A stretch of 64,000 nt of DNA from Patescibacteria group bacterium (GTDB lineage Bacteria > Patescibacteriota > Microgenomatia > UBA8517), in assembly GCA_035291665.1 (NCBI GenBank), contig DATDRP010000006.1, positions 9,786-73,785 of the forward strand, in the 5' to 3' direction. This document shows positions 63,749-64,000 of this stretch, piece by piece. Both the position numbers and the translations under genes were made by a program. Within the stretch, counting starts at the first letter, position 1. Each line of letters opens with the position of its first letter. A model generated the notes under the pieces. That model was not told the origin of the DNA, did not search any database, and saw only the letters and a program-made list of their open reading frames with translations.

Positions 63749-64000
63749 ATAAAACCGAGAGCAATAGAGTATTATTATAAAATAGTTCTGACAATATCCG
63801 CCTTACTTATGTTTACTCATGTGCTCTTGCTATCAATATAGCATATATCGAAGGCTGGAAGTAAGTTTTTTTGTTGCGAAAGCGTGTTGATAAATATTGA
63901 GAGCGGGTTGGGCGTAAACTGATTTTACTGAAGCTACTTTTTAACCTTTTTCGAATTTTTACCAGCTGTTTTGGGAAGCAGTTTTGATAGGCTGGACTTA

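Noticed and set aside
1-64000. Search for a CRISPR array, a cas gene set, a DGR (reverse transcriptase plus TR/VR), a transposase or an integrase
   Set aside because: No regularly spaced 25-40-nt direct repeats were found. No ORF carries RT (YxDD), Cas, DDE transposase or tyrosine/serine recombinase motifs. The only Cas4-like element is the nuclease domain fused to UvrD.

Overview
This is a low-GC (about 35-38% by eye), densely coded window with genes on both strands. The gene content is groES-groEL with CIRCE operators, Hsp20, MetRS, one tRNA-Cys, many small proteins, and a heavy load of cell-envelope and glycosylation genes. That content suggests a small-genome bacterium, possibly Patescibacteria/CPR-like; this is inference from gene content only.

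The window holds about 70 supportable CDS plus one tRNA-Cys (GCA).

- **Cell-envelope and glycosylation locus:** At least five GT39/ArnT-like polytopic glycosyltransferase paralogs, three of them in tandem at 55.8-60.8 kb, plus several other large polytopic membrane proteins. It also includes a GT2 processive synthase, a GT4, a MraY/WecA-family phosphotransferase, a UbiA-family prenyltransferase, FemAB, and several SAM methyltransferases. PilN/PilO-like genes and PT-rich surface proteins lie next to the tandem array.
- **Accessory/variable segment (19.4-23.6 kb):** Unrelated small genes (S1-peptidase-like, SET-domain protein, OPRTase-like, PL7-like fold, hypotheticals) are separated by copies of a short repeat (consensus GTTCTTCAAATTAG).
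- **Palindromic repeat family:** GC-rich nested palindromic elements (core ATGTCATCCTCC...GGAGGATGTCAT) occur in at least three full and two degenerate copies. One copy is inserted in-frame inside a membrane-protein CDS.
- **DNA repair:** A UvrD helicase fused to a Cas4/AddB-like Fe-S nuclease, with a second UvrD/PcrA nearby.
- **Other notable items:** A standalone sigma-70 region-4-only ORF, a highly repetitive Ala/Gly/Val-rich protein behind a perfect Shine-Dalgarno, and a 490-bp AT-rich noncoding block with iteron-like repeats and one perfect DnaA box.

No CRISPR array, rRNA, reverse transcriptase or recognisable transposase was found by eye. No single known defense system is evident. The candidate novel items are listed as findings with explicit uncertainty.
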